Positions 33,543 to 42,521 of a stretch of DNA of 59,081 nucleotides are shown here, piece by piece. Positions within the stretch are counted from its first letter, which is position 1, and each line of letters starts with the position of its first letter. A program made the position numbers and the translations under genes. The notes beneath the pieces were generated by a model. The model searched no databases and had not been told where the DNA came from. It saw only the letters and a program-made list of their open reading frames with translations. Source of the stretch: a virus; IMG/VR virus record IMGVR_UViG_3300027652_000001, positions 1-59,081 of that record. One strand, written 5' to 3'.

Positions 33543-34618
33543 TAAAAGGATGCCCCAATATTATCGGCGATGGTCACGCCCGTTGCGCTCGTTCCACAGT
33601 AGGCGACGAGCTTTCCGGTACCGGAGTTGGTCCCTGCCTCCATACGAAGAGTGCATCCGCCAGTACCCGGCGCGGTTGCCGAGGCGGATGTTTTAGGAAA
33701 GATATTCGGAAGCGCCGTGGTCGCGCTTCCCATCTTGAGCGTTGCGAGATTCAATTGAGCCAAAGAACCACCATCGGCGACTGGAACTCCTTGATTAAGT
33801 TCTAAGATATTCACACCTAACGGAGAGAATCCATTCATGCTACCGCTAATACTCTGATTGAAAATGGTCAATTCCACATCGTCACCGAAATTACCCAAGT
33901 CAAAACCGCCTGTTAAGTTCCCCAGTGCATCAGCTACATTCCATCCAACTTCTCCACCATTTGTAGGTCCTGCCTCCACGTTAAAAAATGCCTCGTATAA
34001 ATACGTACCGTTCAAGTAAGCGAGATAATCTATGTCTGAAATTTGAGTAATTTGACTAATGTTAGTAGGAGCAGTGACGGTCCCACCTGACACATAAAAA
34101 CTACTTACAATGAACTCGGCGTTCAGGTCAGAATAGGCGGCAACCGTGTTCTGCTGGAGATTTCCGCTCGCGATATTTGCTGTAACACTCAGCGAATTCC
34201 CCGGTCCATCACAGCACGACAAATCCGGCTCCGCGAGTCCCAATTGAAGTCCAGTCATGCCGGTCACCGTAGGATTAGCCGCCGGGTACCATTGGAATGT
34301 ATCATCTTGATCCAGATTCCCCGTTGGCCCAACGAACAGCACATCGAATGGATCGCCTCCAGTGGGATCGCCGATCATTCCACCGCCGCCACCGCCTCCT
34401 CCAGAAGCTAGTAACGCATATGTGCCAGCGCCCCCGATGGTAGGCCCCTCGCAATCCCAAGCCGCGAGCGTGGGCACGACGATCTTGAGCGCCAGCGGCT
34501 GGGCAACCGTGCAGGCTCCACTCGGGGCGCTGGTCACGTACTGAATCTGGGGTAAGGGACTCGGCTGCGCGCACAGGCGCACGCCGCACAGTGCGAAAAA
34601 GAGCAGCAGCCGCTTCAT
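33542..34618 (-). CDS. Secreted protein (358 aa) with a poly-Gly linker
   Basis: MKRLLLFFALCGVRLCA|QPSP. Contains a G8 run. First gene of the leftward fibre and lysis operon. Confidence 0.75.
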   Translation of the reverse strand: MKRLLLFFALCGVRLCAQPSPLPQIQYVTSAPSGACTVAQPLALKIVVPTLAAWDCEGPTIGGAGTYALLASGGGGGGGGMIGDPTGGDPFDVLFVGPTGNLDQDDTFQWYPAANPTVTGMTGLQLGLAEPDLSCCDGPGNSLSVTANIASGNLQQNTVAAYSDLNAEFIVSSFYVSGGTVTAPTNISQITQISDIDYLAYLNGTYLYEAFFNVEAGPTNGGEVGWNVADALGNLTGGFDLGNFGDDVELTIFNQSISGSMNGFSPLGVNILELNQGVPVADGGSLAQLNLATLKMGSATTALPNIFPKTSASATAPGTGGCTLRMEAGTNSGTGKLVAYCGTSATGVTIADNIGASF

Positions 34619-34640
34619 GCGCGAATGATACCACTTGAGT

Positions 34641-34919
34641 ATGGCAACGCTTTATGGCAACATCGGAAGCATGGATTTCAATCGAGCAACCGAAGTCAGC
34701 CCCGACGTTGACAAGACCGTCGAAGACCTTTTCACTTACCACCCTTGGAGCGCCGAGCAGACGCAGAAAGGCGTGGCCGTCCGTGATGCCCTTGCAAAGG
34801 CAGTGCGAGTGATCATCGAGAACGTGCCTCCGTGTCCTGACCGCACCGTGGCAATCCGCAAACTGCGCGAAGCGCGGATGGATGCGAACTCAGCTATCAC
34901 CCACAGCGGCAAATACTAA
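34641..34919 (+). CDS. Small phage protein, candidate Acb2-like cyclic-oligonucleotide sponge (92 aa; alternative TTG start at 34635)
   Basis: Motif FTYHPW-x11-VRDA ... VPPCPDRTVAIRKLREARMDANSAI. The Tyr and the basic residue 15 positions later resemble the family pattern as remembered. This is inference only. Confidence 0.4.
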   Translation: MATLYGNIGSMDFNRATEVSPDVDKTVEDLFTYHPWSAEQTQKGVAVRDALAKAVRVIIENVPPCPDRTVAIRKLREARMDANSAITHSGKY

Positions 34920-34924
34920 CCTGG

Positions 34925-35254
34925 ATGGAAGAACTCCGCAAACGACTGCGCGAGATGACCGACAAGTTCGTGGATGACATTGTGGCGCTCACGATCCAGG
35001 AAGGCCACAAGATGGCGATCGCTCGGATGCGTGAGGCGCGCCACAAGGCGCGCATGAACAAGGGAAAAATCCCGTACGGAGAGTACCCGCACGAGAAGGA
35101 CGGGCTCGAAATGATGATCCGCATGCGGCGAGAGGGCCATCCGTTTAGGACAATTGGAGAGGCGATGGAGCGACACGGATTCCCGACGCGCGCTGGAATG
35201 GTTTGGAACCCCGGCACGATCATCCGTATCCTGAAAAAATACGGAGTCAAATGA
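34925..35254 (+). CDS. HTH DNA-binding protein (109 aa), possible small-terminase-associated
   Basis: EGHPFRTIGEAMERHGFPTRAGMVWNPGTIIRILKKYG is a recombinase-type HTH pattern. Lies upstream of the terminase. Confidence 0.45.
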   Translation: MEELRKRLREMTDKFVDDIVALTIQEGHKMAIARMREARHKARMNKGKIPYGEYPHEKDGLEMMIRMRREGHPFRTIGEAMERHGFPTRAGMVWNPGTIIRILKKYGVK

Positions 35255-35436
35255 GGACGATCAACGAACCGTTCCCTCCAGCATTCCCACCTTGGATGGA
35301 AAAGGTCAAGGCGAAGTGTATAGAAGGATGTGGTCGCACCGTGTTTCGGACAAAGACCCATAGCGGTAGATGTCATTCTTGCGCGTCCAAGAGAAAGAAC
35401 GAAGGCCGTCGCTCTCGCGAAACAAATGCCAAATAA
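35251..35436 (+). CDS. Zinc-ribbon protein (61 aa)
   Basis: CIEGCG ... GRCHSCASK. ATGA coupling. Confidence 0.55.
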   Translation: MRTINEPFPPAFPPWMEKVKAKCIEGCGRTVFRTKTHSGRCHSCASKRKNEGRRSRETNAK

Positions 35437-36079
35437 GCGCAAGGCGTCCAAACAACTCGCGCAGATCCCCAAGGCCGAAGTTATCCTAAAGCCCCCACCA
35501 CCGGTGTTCGATGGCTCGATCGACGGCCTGGCGCGCCTGGTCAAGGGTGATCTCGAATCGCTGCCCGATGCGCGCCGTCGACTGGTGGAACTGCTGCGCG
35601 GCGAAGAGGACGTGAAAAAGTTCGTGAAGGCCGCGGACAAAATGTTCATGGGCAAGCAACACATTCCGGGGAAAGGCGACAGCCCTTCGCTCGATAAAGT
35701 GTGCGAGCGCTCCGGTGCCAACCGATCGATTATCTTCGGCGCCGTGGCGCGCGTGCTCCACCGCTATCACTTCGACGTGGCGCAGATCGTCATCGGCGCG
35801 GTCGTGGCCAACCGGGCGCATGACGTCGCAAGTTCAATGGCGGAGATGGCGCAACTGCCGATCGGTGCCGTGGACCGGCGGCTGTTCATGGAAGTGGCCG
35901 GCGCCAAGCGTGCCGGAACTGGTGGGGTAAGCGTCCAGGTGAACACGTCAGCCAATGCGCAGGCGGGCGCGAACGCCGAAGTGGTGGAGCCCAGCGGCCG
36001 GGAGCTACCGTCGTTTGAAGCTGGGATCAGAGACATGGCCGCTAAACTGCGAGCAATACCGGCGAGGACAAACGAATGA
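35426..36079 (+). CDS. Hypothetical protein (217 aa), candidate small terminase subunit by position
   Basis: Position immediately upstream of the HNH and TerL genes. No motif recognised. Confidence 0.35.
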   Translation: MPNKRKASKQLAQIPKAEVILKPPPPVFDGSIDGLARLVKGDLESLPDARRRLVELLRGEEDVKKFVKAADKMFMGKQHIPGKGDSPSLDKVCERSGANRSIIFGAVARVLHRYHFDVAQIVIGAVVANRAHDVASSMAEMAQLPIGAVDRRLFMEVAGAKRAGTGGVSVQVNTSANAQAGANAEVVEPSGRELPSFEAGIRDMAAKLRAIPARTNE

Positions 36080-36513
36080 GTTCACTCGACCGATTTTTAG
36101 ACAAGGTTTCTCCGGAACCGAACAGCGGGTGTTGGCTTTGGCTGGGCGGGGTTATTAAGGGTGGATACGCCAGAATTGGACGCGAATACGCGCACCGTTT
36201 CTCATATGAACATTTCCGTGGTCCGATCCCGGAAGGTCTACACATAGACCATCTGTGCAGAGTTCGATCTTGCGTGAACCCGTATCATCTTGAGCCGGTG
36301 ACTCAGCGGGAGAACAGCAGAAGAGGAATGGCCGGTAAGTACCCGCGAGGTGCCAATTGCCGCTTCGGCCATCCCCTGTCAGGAGTCAATTTATACTTAG
36401 CCCCGAAGACGGGTATTCGCAATTGCAAGGAGTGTCAGAGAGCGCGGGTCATCAAGTATCGAGCAAAAAGGAACTCGCTTTGTATTCTAGGCGATCAGTT
36501 GAAGCCGGTTTAA
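36076..36513 (+). CDS. HNH endonuclease (HNH_3-type)
   Basis: SGCWLWLGGVIKGGYARIG ... HIDHLCRVRSCVNPYHLEPVTQRENSRRG. Confidence 0.8.
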   Translation: MSSLDRFLDKVSPEPNSGCWLWLGGVIKGGYARIGREYAHRFSYEHFRGPIPEGLHIDHLCRVRSCVNPYHLEPVTQRENSRRGMAGKYPRGANCRFGHPLSGVNLYLAPKTGIRNCKECQRARVIKYRAKRNSLCILGDQLKPV

Positions 36514-36530
36514 AGATTGCCGACCAGAGC

Positions 36531-38723
36531 TTGGGCTACGAGCTTCTGTATCACTCAATAGAAGCTTGCGACGAGGCCGCTGCTCACTTTGATGATAAGC
36601 GTCATCGTCACGTAGAGGAGTACGGGGAAGCTCCCAACGCTCCAAAAATGAAGTTCTCCCCAGACGAGATCAAGTGGAGAGAGAACGAAAAATTCCTTTG
36701 CCAAATCGACTATCTTTACTTCGCTACCCGTTACGCTCGAATTTTGTCTGCTGATGACGAGGTGATCCATTATAATCCCAATCTGGCGCAGCTCGTGGTT
36801 AACGATGCTCGCGCCGAGCAGGAAGATTTAGGCTGGGCCATCATGCAGATGTGGCTGAAGGGAAGACAGTGTGGGATAACGACCGACTCCCAAATCGCGC
36901 TCGGCCACCGGACCTATTTCTTTGACAACATCACGGCGCTTAGCGGATCTTCCGACAAAGAGCGCAGTAAAGATATGTTGGACAAATTCAAGGCTCTCTA
37001 CGACTGGATTCCGTATTGGCTCAAGCCAGCGATGACGCGTGACCGCATGGGTACGCGCATGGAGTTTGGAGAACTTAACTCCAAACTCATCGTGCAGCAC
37101 GGCTCTCAGAAATATGATATCGGGCGCGGTAACACGCCCAGCGTAGTACATCTTTCGGAGTGCGCCACGTTTTTGAACGCGGAAGATTTGATCGATGCGG
37201 GACTGGTTCCCGCCGTCCACGAGAGTCCGAGAAAACTGGTGATCCTAGAAAGTACCGGAGAAGGTCCCTACGGCTGGTGGTACAAGACTTGGGTCCATTG
37301 CAAAAAGTTGTACTGGAAAGGGCAGGCCAAATTCAGGCCGGGGTTCATTCCTTGGTTCGTGGCATCAGACCTCTACCCCACAGTGACTTGGTTAAAACGA
37401 TCCTTTCGTCTGGATATGCGTACCGATGACGCTGACGCTGTCCGTTCAGCCGCACGAGAGAAACTCAGAGCGCAGGGCTGGAAACCTCAGGGAGTCACGA
37501 TCGCGCACGCCGAGCGGGCCAGGAAGTTTATTCACGCCAACGATCTATTACGCCGTCACTTTCCCGAGAACTGGTCGATGCCGCTGGAGCAAATGTACTT
37601 CTGGGAAGTGATGAGGGCTGAGTATCAGGCCAAGAAGATTCTCGCGCGATTCCTGCGAGAGTTTGCCTCAGACGACCTGGAGTCCTTCGCGGCATCTGGC
37701 GAGAGCGTGTTCGATGTCGACACAATCAACGATTACAACAACTCCTGCCGCGAGCCGGTCGGCGTGTTCGGGTTCCGCGCGCCCATTCACCTGATCCCGC
37801 CGCGCCTCCAGGCCGACGAGAACGACCGTGACAAAACGAAGCGAATCATCAAAGTCGGTCCCTACGAACTCGTTCCGCTGCGCTGGCAGGGCTGGCAGGA
37901 GAGCGATCCTACCGGAAAGCTACTGATCTTCGAGTGGCCGGAATACGGCGAAGAGTACGGGTTCGGCGTGGACACTTCGGACGGCATCGGGCAGGATCGG
38001 ACTGTCCTCGAGGGTCTGCGTAAAGGATCTCTGACCCGCGTCGACGGGCAGATTTGCGAGTTTGCCTCCGAGTACGTGAACGCCAATGACTTTGCGGCCA
38101 TCTGCCATTGTGTCGGCCTGTTCTACCAGGGAGCCTCCGCGCGTCAACCGAAGATGGCAATTGAGACCGGGCTTAACGGCGAAGTGACGCAACTCGAGAT
38201 GCGCAAGATGGGCTGGGCGAACTTCCACTCATGGGTGCGCTACGACCGCAAGAAGATGAATCCGAAGGACGCCGTTCGCATCGGCTTTGTGACGAATCGC
38301 TGGTCGCGGCCGATGCTGATTGATTACATGATCAAGGCGCTACGCGATGGCGACCTGGACATTAACTCGCCAGAGTTCGTGCGCGAGATGCAGGCCCTAC
38401 ACCGCGACGAGGGCATGCAATCAGCCCGCGCAGAACAGGGGCAGCATGATGACCGGTTCATGGCACTCGGTATTATCTTCCTCTCGTTGCATATACTGGA
38501 ACTTACTGGGAAGGCGCAGAGCGTCAGTTATCTGCGCCAGCAGCGCGAACAGGAGGCGTCGCCGATGTATCGAGAGGTCCTGGCAGGCGACGACTACGCG
38601 CCGCTCGTGATCAGCCCCCAGCAGGCGGCACGCAGCGCGAGTCCGGCGTTGCGAGAGTTCTTCGCCGGGCAGGCGGTCGGAGCGCATCCGGGGGCGAGCG
38701 GAGGATGGGAGGAAGAGACATGA
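36531..38723 (+). CDS. terL: Terminase large subunit
   Basis: Walker-A-like KGRQCGITT, Walker-B-like VVHLSECATF, and nuclease-domain motifs GVDTSDGIGQD and HDDRFMALGI. The start is uncertain (TTG 36531 or ATG 36648); the ORF-track start at 36357 overlaps the HNH gene. Confidence 0.8.
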   Translation: MGYELLYHSIEACDEAAAHFDDKRHRHVEEYGEAPNAPKMKFSPDEIKWRENEKFLCQIDYLYFATRYARILSADDEVIHYNPNLAQLVVNDARAEQEDLGWAIMQMWLKGRQCGITTDSQIALGHRTYFFDNITALSGSSDKERSKDMLDKFKALYDWIPYWLKPAMTRDRMGTRMEFGELNSKLIVQHGSQKYDIGRGNTPSVVHLSECATFLNAEDLIDAGLVPAVHESPRKLVILESTGEGPYGWWYKTWVHCKKLYWKGQAKFRPGFIPWFVASDLYPTVTWLKRSFRLDMRTDDADAVRSAAREKLRAQGWKPQGVTIAHAERARKFIHANDLLRRHFPENWSMPLEQMYFWEVMRAEYQAKKILARFLREFASDDLESFAASGESVFDVDTINDYNNSCREPVGVFGFRAPIHLIPPRLQADENDRDKTKRIIKVGPYELVPLRWQGWQESDPTGKLLIFEWPEYGEEYGFGVDTSDGIGQDRTVLEGLRKGSLTRVDGQICEFASEYVNANDFAAICHCVGLFYQGASARQPKMAIETGLNGEVTQLEMRKMGWANFHSWVRYDRKKMNPKDAVRIGFVTNRWSRPMLIDYMIKALRDGDLDINSPEFVREMQALHRDEGMQSARAEQGQHDDRFMALGIIFLSLHILELTGKAQSVSYLRQQREQEASPMYREVLAGDDYAPLVISPQQAARSASPALREFFAGQAVGAHPGASGGWEEET

Positions 38724-38854
38724 AATATCGATGGTATAAACTGTTCGAGTTCGGATTCCCGTTTTGCCACGTCCGTTGCGCCAAGAATTATTGTCGCGTT
38801 ACCTACGATGTCGGTGATGACTTGGAAACCTCCTACAAGATGGGGCTCAACTAA
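38720..38854 (+). CDS. Small hypothetical protein (44 aa)
   Basis: ATGA overlap with the terL stop and TAATG overlap with the next start. Confidence 0.4.
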   Translation: MKYRWYKLFEFGFPFCHVRCAKNYCRVTYDVGDDLETSYKMGLN

Positions 38855-39441
38855 TGCCGCTTTACGACTGGTCGTGTCCCGAGCATGGCAACTTTGAGGC
38901 GTTCGCCAGCATGAGCGACTGCGAGAAGCGCCAACCGTGCCCCGAGTGCGGCGGGGAGTCGGGCCGCATCTACGTGGCGTTCAGCCCGCGCGACTACCTA
39001 GATAGCCTCGTGGTGTGGCGCAGACCCGATGGCACGTTCGCTGTACCGGGAGACAAGAACGCCCGCATGCCGGTTGAGTACGAGCGCGTCGAGTTGCGCG
39101 AGACTGCCGACAAGCGCCGCGTGGAGCGCGAGATCGACCGGGAGCACAGAGAACGATGGGGCCGCGCGCAAGTCGGCAAGCAGATGATGGCCGAACAAAT
39201 CGAATCGCAGAACCGTTCTGAACTGCGGAACATCATGTCCAACGGCGGTAAGCTCCCCGATGGCCGCACCGTCGCCCCGATGAGCGCCGCGCAGAAGGAT
39301 TTCGCGCGGCACGCCATGAACGCGAACAACAACCGCCCGCGCGAGAAGTACGAGGGCGTCTTTCATTTTGAAGCGCTCAGTCAGAACGCGAGCAATCGTG
39401 AAGAGGGGCGCGGGCGAGACGGCCAAAGGATTCGCAAATGA
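38854..39441 (+). CDS. FmdB-like zinc-ribbon protein with a charged helical C-terminal part (195 aa)
   Basis: MPLYDWSCPEHGNFE ... CPECGG. Confidence 0.55.
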   Translation: MPLYDWSCPEHGNFEAFASMSDCEKRQPCPECGGESGRIYVAFSPRDYLDSLVVWRRPDGTFAVPGDKNARMPVEYERVELRETADKRRVEREIDREHRERWGRAQVGKQMMAEQIESQNRSELRNIMSNGGKLPDGRTVAPMSAAQKDFARHAMNANNNRPREKYEGVFHFEALSQNASNREEGRGRDGQRIRK

Positions 39442-39683
39442 AATATCGCAAGAAACCAGTTGTGATTGATGCGATGTGTTGGGACGGAACCAACGTCTCG
39501 GATCTACGCCAGTTTTTAGGTGGGTTCTCCGAATGGAGCCTCGTCAACAGCGACCACGTCGAGATCAAGACGTTAGAGGGGAATCACCTCGCTAATCCTG
39601 GTGACTGGATCATCAAAGGCGTCAAGGGAGAGTTTTATCCCTGCAAGCCTGATATCTTCGCCGCTACATACGAGCGAACCTGA
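39438..39683 (+). CDS. PGDYG-domain phage protein (81 aa)
   Basis: KKPVVIDA ... ANPGDWIIKGVKGEFYPCKPDIFAATYE. Confidence 0.6.
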   Translation: MKYRKKPVVIDAMCWDGTNVSDLRQFLGGFSEWSLVNSDHVEIKTLEGNHLANPGDWIIKGVKGEFYPCKPDIFAATYERT

Positions 39684-41728
39684 TGCCTGGACCGTCCGAT
39701 TACGCGATTCCTTCCTACCTCGACCAACTCGCCGACAAGCGCGGCATCCAACACTTGACCCTCGGACGCCTGAAGGAACTGCGCGACACCGGGCGGGCGT
39801 TCCTGGAATGTCAAGCGGCATGGCAGGAGATCCCGCGCGCCTACGACATTCTCTCGTTCGACAGCGCTCCGCTGCGCGTGTCCGGCTACTCGACAATTTC
39901 GGTCAACCGGATCAAGCGCGACTTCCGCGACCTAGTGGCGACGATCTCGAACCTGAAGCCAACCGGCCAGGCGGTCACCCACAAGGAAGAGGCAAAGAAC
40001 TCCATCTGGCGGCTGAACCAGATGAAACAGATCTGGTGGCGAAAGACGGCGCAAGATCGCAAATATCGGGAAGGTTGCCAGTACGCGTGCGGGCTGGGCA
40101 CCGGTTATATCGAACCGTGGTGGGATCCGAATTTTTACGGCTACAACCGTGGTGAGATCTCGTGCAAGACGGGCGGCCCATCGTCGGTTCTTCCGGTCAT
40201 GATGACGGAAGATAATGACCTGCAGAAAGCCTACGCGGTCACGATCCCCGAAGAGGTTCCGCTACATCTGGTGCTCTCCAACTATCCCGCGTTCGCCGGG
40301 ATGATTGAGCCATCGCGCAACTTCCCCGGCTGGATTCAGCGCGCGTGGGACAAGGTGCGCGGCTCGGCGCGGCAGGCGAATGGCGTGATGGGCGTGCTGG
40401 AAACCCCGCAGCGCTCGGTAGGGCGCGAGATGCCGATGGTCGATGTGTACACGACCTACATCATGGACCCGAGCGTGAACAACACCGGGCACGAGATCAT
40501 GATGGGCGATCCGGGGACGAGTTGGGAATACAAAGTGCCGTCCATCGGCAGCGAGATTCCTTCTGGCATTCGCACAAAGTCCGGTCAGATGCTCATGAAG
40601 CGAGCGACCGAAGAGGATGCCCGGTTGTTCCCCTTGCGGCGCCGAGTCATCTGGACGGACACCTGCATCCTGAAGGATGGGACTAGCCCATACCTGCATG
40701 GCCGCGTGCCACGTGTGCAACTGCGCTTTGATGACTACCCGTGGGATTTCCTGGGGACCTCGATCATCCATGATACGTGGCGGATCCAGAAAGCCATCAA
40801 CCAAATCTGGCGTGCGGTGATTGATAGCTTGCTCGTTCGATTGCAGCCCCCGCTCAAGTACGATCCGAACGTGTTGGACGCGACCGCGATGGCGCGCATC
40901 AACACGCGCATCCCAGCGCAGACTATCGCCGCATCGCTCGGCATGGGTGACCCGGTCACGCCGCTGCTACCCGTCCAATTCTGGGACGTTCCCGCGTGGA
41001 TCATTCAAGTCATCGGATTGCTCAAGGGAGAACTGGACGAGTTGGCCGTAGTCAAGGACCTGATGGCCGTCGCCAAGGCCAAACAGATCCCCAGCGCCGA
41101 TTCCATTGAGAAGATCATGGAAGCGGCCGGCCCGGTCGTGCAGGACATCGCGCGCGGCGGCGAAGTGGCGTGCCAGCAGTTTGACGAACTGTTCTACCCA
41201 ATGGCGATTCAGTTCTGGCCCGCTGGCAAGGTGTTTCAGGAACTCGGCGAGGAGGGCGCGATCAAGGAATCGTTTGACTTCCAGCCGGGAGAGTTGATCC
41301 CCTCGCACTTGCCCGACGAGGACAACCAGCAACCGTCCATCTACTCTAAGTGGGAGCGCGCCCGGTGGATGATCGAGCAGTTGAGCTACGACATTGAACC
41401 GTACTCGCAGGCCAGCGTCTCGCGCGTGGGCCGAAACCTCACGTTGCTCCAGGCAAAGAAAGCGGGGGTGTGGGTGTCGAACAACACGATCGGCAAGGGA
41501 CTCGGCCTCAACATGGGCGAGTTGCCGCCGATGCGCGACGGACAGCCAGCGGTGAGCGAGCCCGACAAGTTCATGGTGGAACAGGAGCAGGCCCACGCGC
41601 TCGCGGAAGACTTGCAGCAGGGCCAGCAGCAAGGGCAGCAGCGCGGCAGGCCGGCCACCAACCAGAACCCGCCTGCCGTTAAATCGAAGGACAATGGGAC
41701 TCGCAGCACGACGGTGACCAGCCGATAA
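39683..41728 (+). CDS. Portal protein (681 aa), assigned by position and size
   Basis: Large ORF between the terminase and scaffold/capsid genes. No motif verified. Confidence 0.6.
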   Translation: MPGPSDYAIPSYLDQLADKRGIQHLTLGRLKELRDTGRAFLECQAAWQEIPRAYDILSFDSAPLRVSGYSTISVNRIKRDFRDLVATISNLKPTGQAVTHKEEAKNSIWRLNQMKQIWWRKTAQDRKYREGCQYACGLGTGYIEPWWDPNFYGYNRGEISCKTGGPSSVLPVMMTEDNDLQKAYAVTIPEEVPLHLVLSNYPAFAGMIEPSRNFPGWIQRAWDKVRGSARQANGVMGVLETPQRSVGREMPMVDVYTTYIMDPSVNNTGHEIMMGDPGTSWEYKVPSIGSEIPSGIRTKSGQMLMKRATEEDARLFPLRRRVIWTDTCILKDGTSPYLHGRVPRVQLRFDDYPWDFLGTSIIHDTWRIQKAINQIWRAVIDSLLVRLQPPLKYDPNVLDATAMARINTRIPAQTIAASLGMGDPVTPLLPVQFWDVPAWIIQVIGLLKGELDELAVVKDLMAVAKAKQIPSADSIEKIMEAAGPVVQDIARGGEVACQQFDELFYPMAIQFWPAGKVFQELGEEGAIKESFDFQPGELIPSHLPDEDNQQPSIYSKWERARWMIEQLSYDIEPYSQASVSRVGRNLTLLQAKKAGVWVSNNTIGKGLGLNMGELPPMRDGQPAVSEPDKFMVEQEQAHALAEDLQQGQQQGQQRGRPATNQNPPAVKSKDNGTRSTTVTSR

Positions 41729-41737
41729 GGAGATTCA

Positions 41738-42022
41738 ATGCCTGTACTTGAAGCAGAGGTTGTTTGGCAGAAGGGGAAATGGCAGCGGCGAGATTACGCG
41801 ACGGTCATGTCCGGTCGCGTTGTGCGTTATAACGTCGGCTATAATTCTCCCGGAGAGGTTGAGGTGAGCGCTTCTCGCGATGCGGTTCACATTGACGGCG
41901 TGGTTATATCAACAGATAAGGGCCGCGAAGAACTTCTGGACATCGTTCAACGTGCATGGCGTCAACACGAGCATTTGAAGCAGGCCCACCAAAACGATCC
42001 ACTCTCAGAACTCGATGGATGA
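41738..42022 (+). CDS. Hypothetical protein (94 aa)
   Basis: ORF with SD-like aaggag upstream. Confidence 0.7.
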   Translation: MPVLEAEVVWQKGKWQRRDYATVMSGRVVRYNVGYNSPGEVEVSASRDAVHIDGVVISTDKGREELLDIVQRAWRQHEHLKQAHQNDPLSELDG

Positions 42023-42197
42023 GCAACCCGCGACGGTAACCGTTCCTAACGACAAGCTCGCGGCTGCGATCAAGGCCGTGACGCGCGAAAAGCGCACCGG
42101 CAAACTGCTCGTTAACTTCTCGCAGGGCACACCGACCGGTGGCGTGCAGTGGATCGAAAACCTGCCGAACGGTCATTCACTGCTCGCTGTGGACTAA
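42015..42197 (+). CDS. Hypothetical protein (60 aa)
   Basis: ORF overlapping the upstream gene by 8 nt. Confidence 0.6.
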   Translation: MDEQPATVTVPNDKLAAAIKAVTREKRTGKLLVNFSQGTPTGGVQWIENLPNGHSLLAVD

Positions 42198-42206
42198 ACC
42201 GTTAGT

Positions 42207-42236
42207 TTGACAAGGGGATGTAACTTGCACTATCAT
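42207..42236 (+). promoter_or_regulatory. Sigma70-like promoter (TTGACA, 18-nt spacer, TATCAT)
   Basis: ttgaca at 42207-42212 and tatcat at 42231-42236. Confidence 0.5.
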
Positions 42237-42270
42237 CCCGCATAGGAATCGCGTACTTCTTAGTTAGAGA

Positions 42271-42306
42271 GGCGCATCTGGGAAACCGGGTGCGCCTTTT
42301 CTATTT
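42271..42306 (+). terminator. Intrinsic terminator with an ~11-bp stem, GAAA tetraloop and UUUUCUAUUU tail. It lies about 30 nt downstream of the predicted start site.
   Basis: ggcgcatctgg-gaaa-ccgggtgcgcc followed by ttttctattt. Confidence 0.6.
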
Positions 42307-42330
42307 GAATCGCAGAAAGGAGAACACCCA

Positions 42331-42405
42331 ATGAACGAGATCAGCTTTGGTCGCGTGGAGAATCGCCGGAAAAAGGGCGGGCGTCACAAGCGCATGAAAA
42401 AGTAA
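42331..42405 (+). CDS. Tiny highly basic peptide (24 aa, MNEISFGRVENRRKKGGRHKRMKK)
   Basis: Canonical SD aaaggag lies 8 nt upstream of the ATG. Confidence 0.4.
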   Translation: MNEISFGRVENRRKKGGRHKRMKK

Positions 42406-42417
42406 TCGTGCCTGACT

Positions 42418-42493
42418 CCGCGTAGATCGAACCTTCGGGTTCCCCTCGCGAAGCAGGGTACACGCGGGGCAGGTCGCAACCCGGCGCTGCCCC
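42418..42493 (+). ncRNA. Compact structured RNA element: a three-way junction plus a 3' hairpin
   Basis: Closing helix ccgcgt/acgcgg (42418-23 / 42462-67). Hairpin gaacc-ttcg-ggttc. Hairpin cccctcgc-gaa-gcaggg. Hairpin ggggcag...ctgcccc (42466-93). Confidence 0.4.
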
Positions 42494-42521
42494 ACCTTCA
42501 ATCTCAGCCTGAAAGGAGCTT

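Noticed and set aside
42418-42445. Possible tRNA, because the minus strand reads GGTTCGATC (T-loop-like)
   Set aside because: The flanking bases do not form a 5-bp T-stem (one central mismatch). No acceptor stem or anticodon arm of correct geometry could be drawn. On the plus strand the same bases form a simple UUCG hairpin. No other tRNA-like T-loop was seen in the window.
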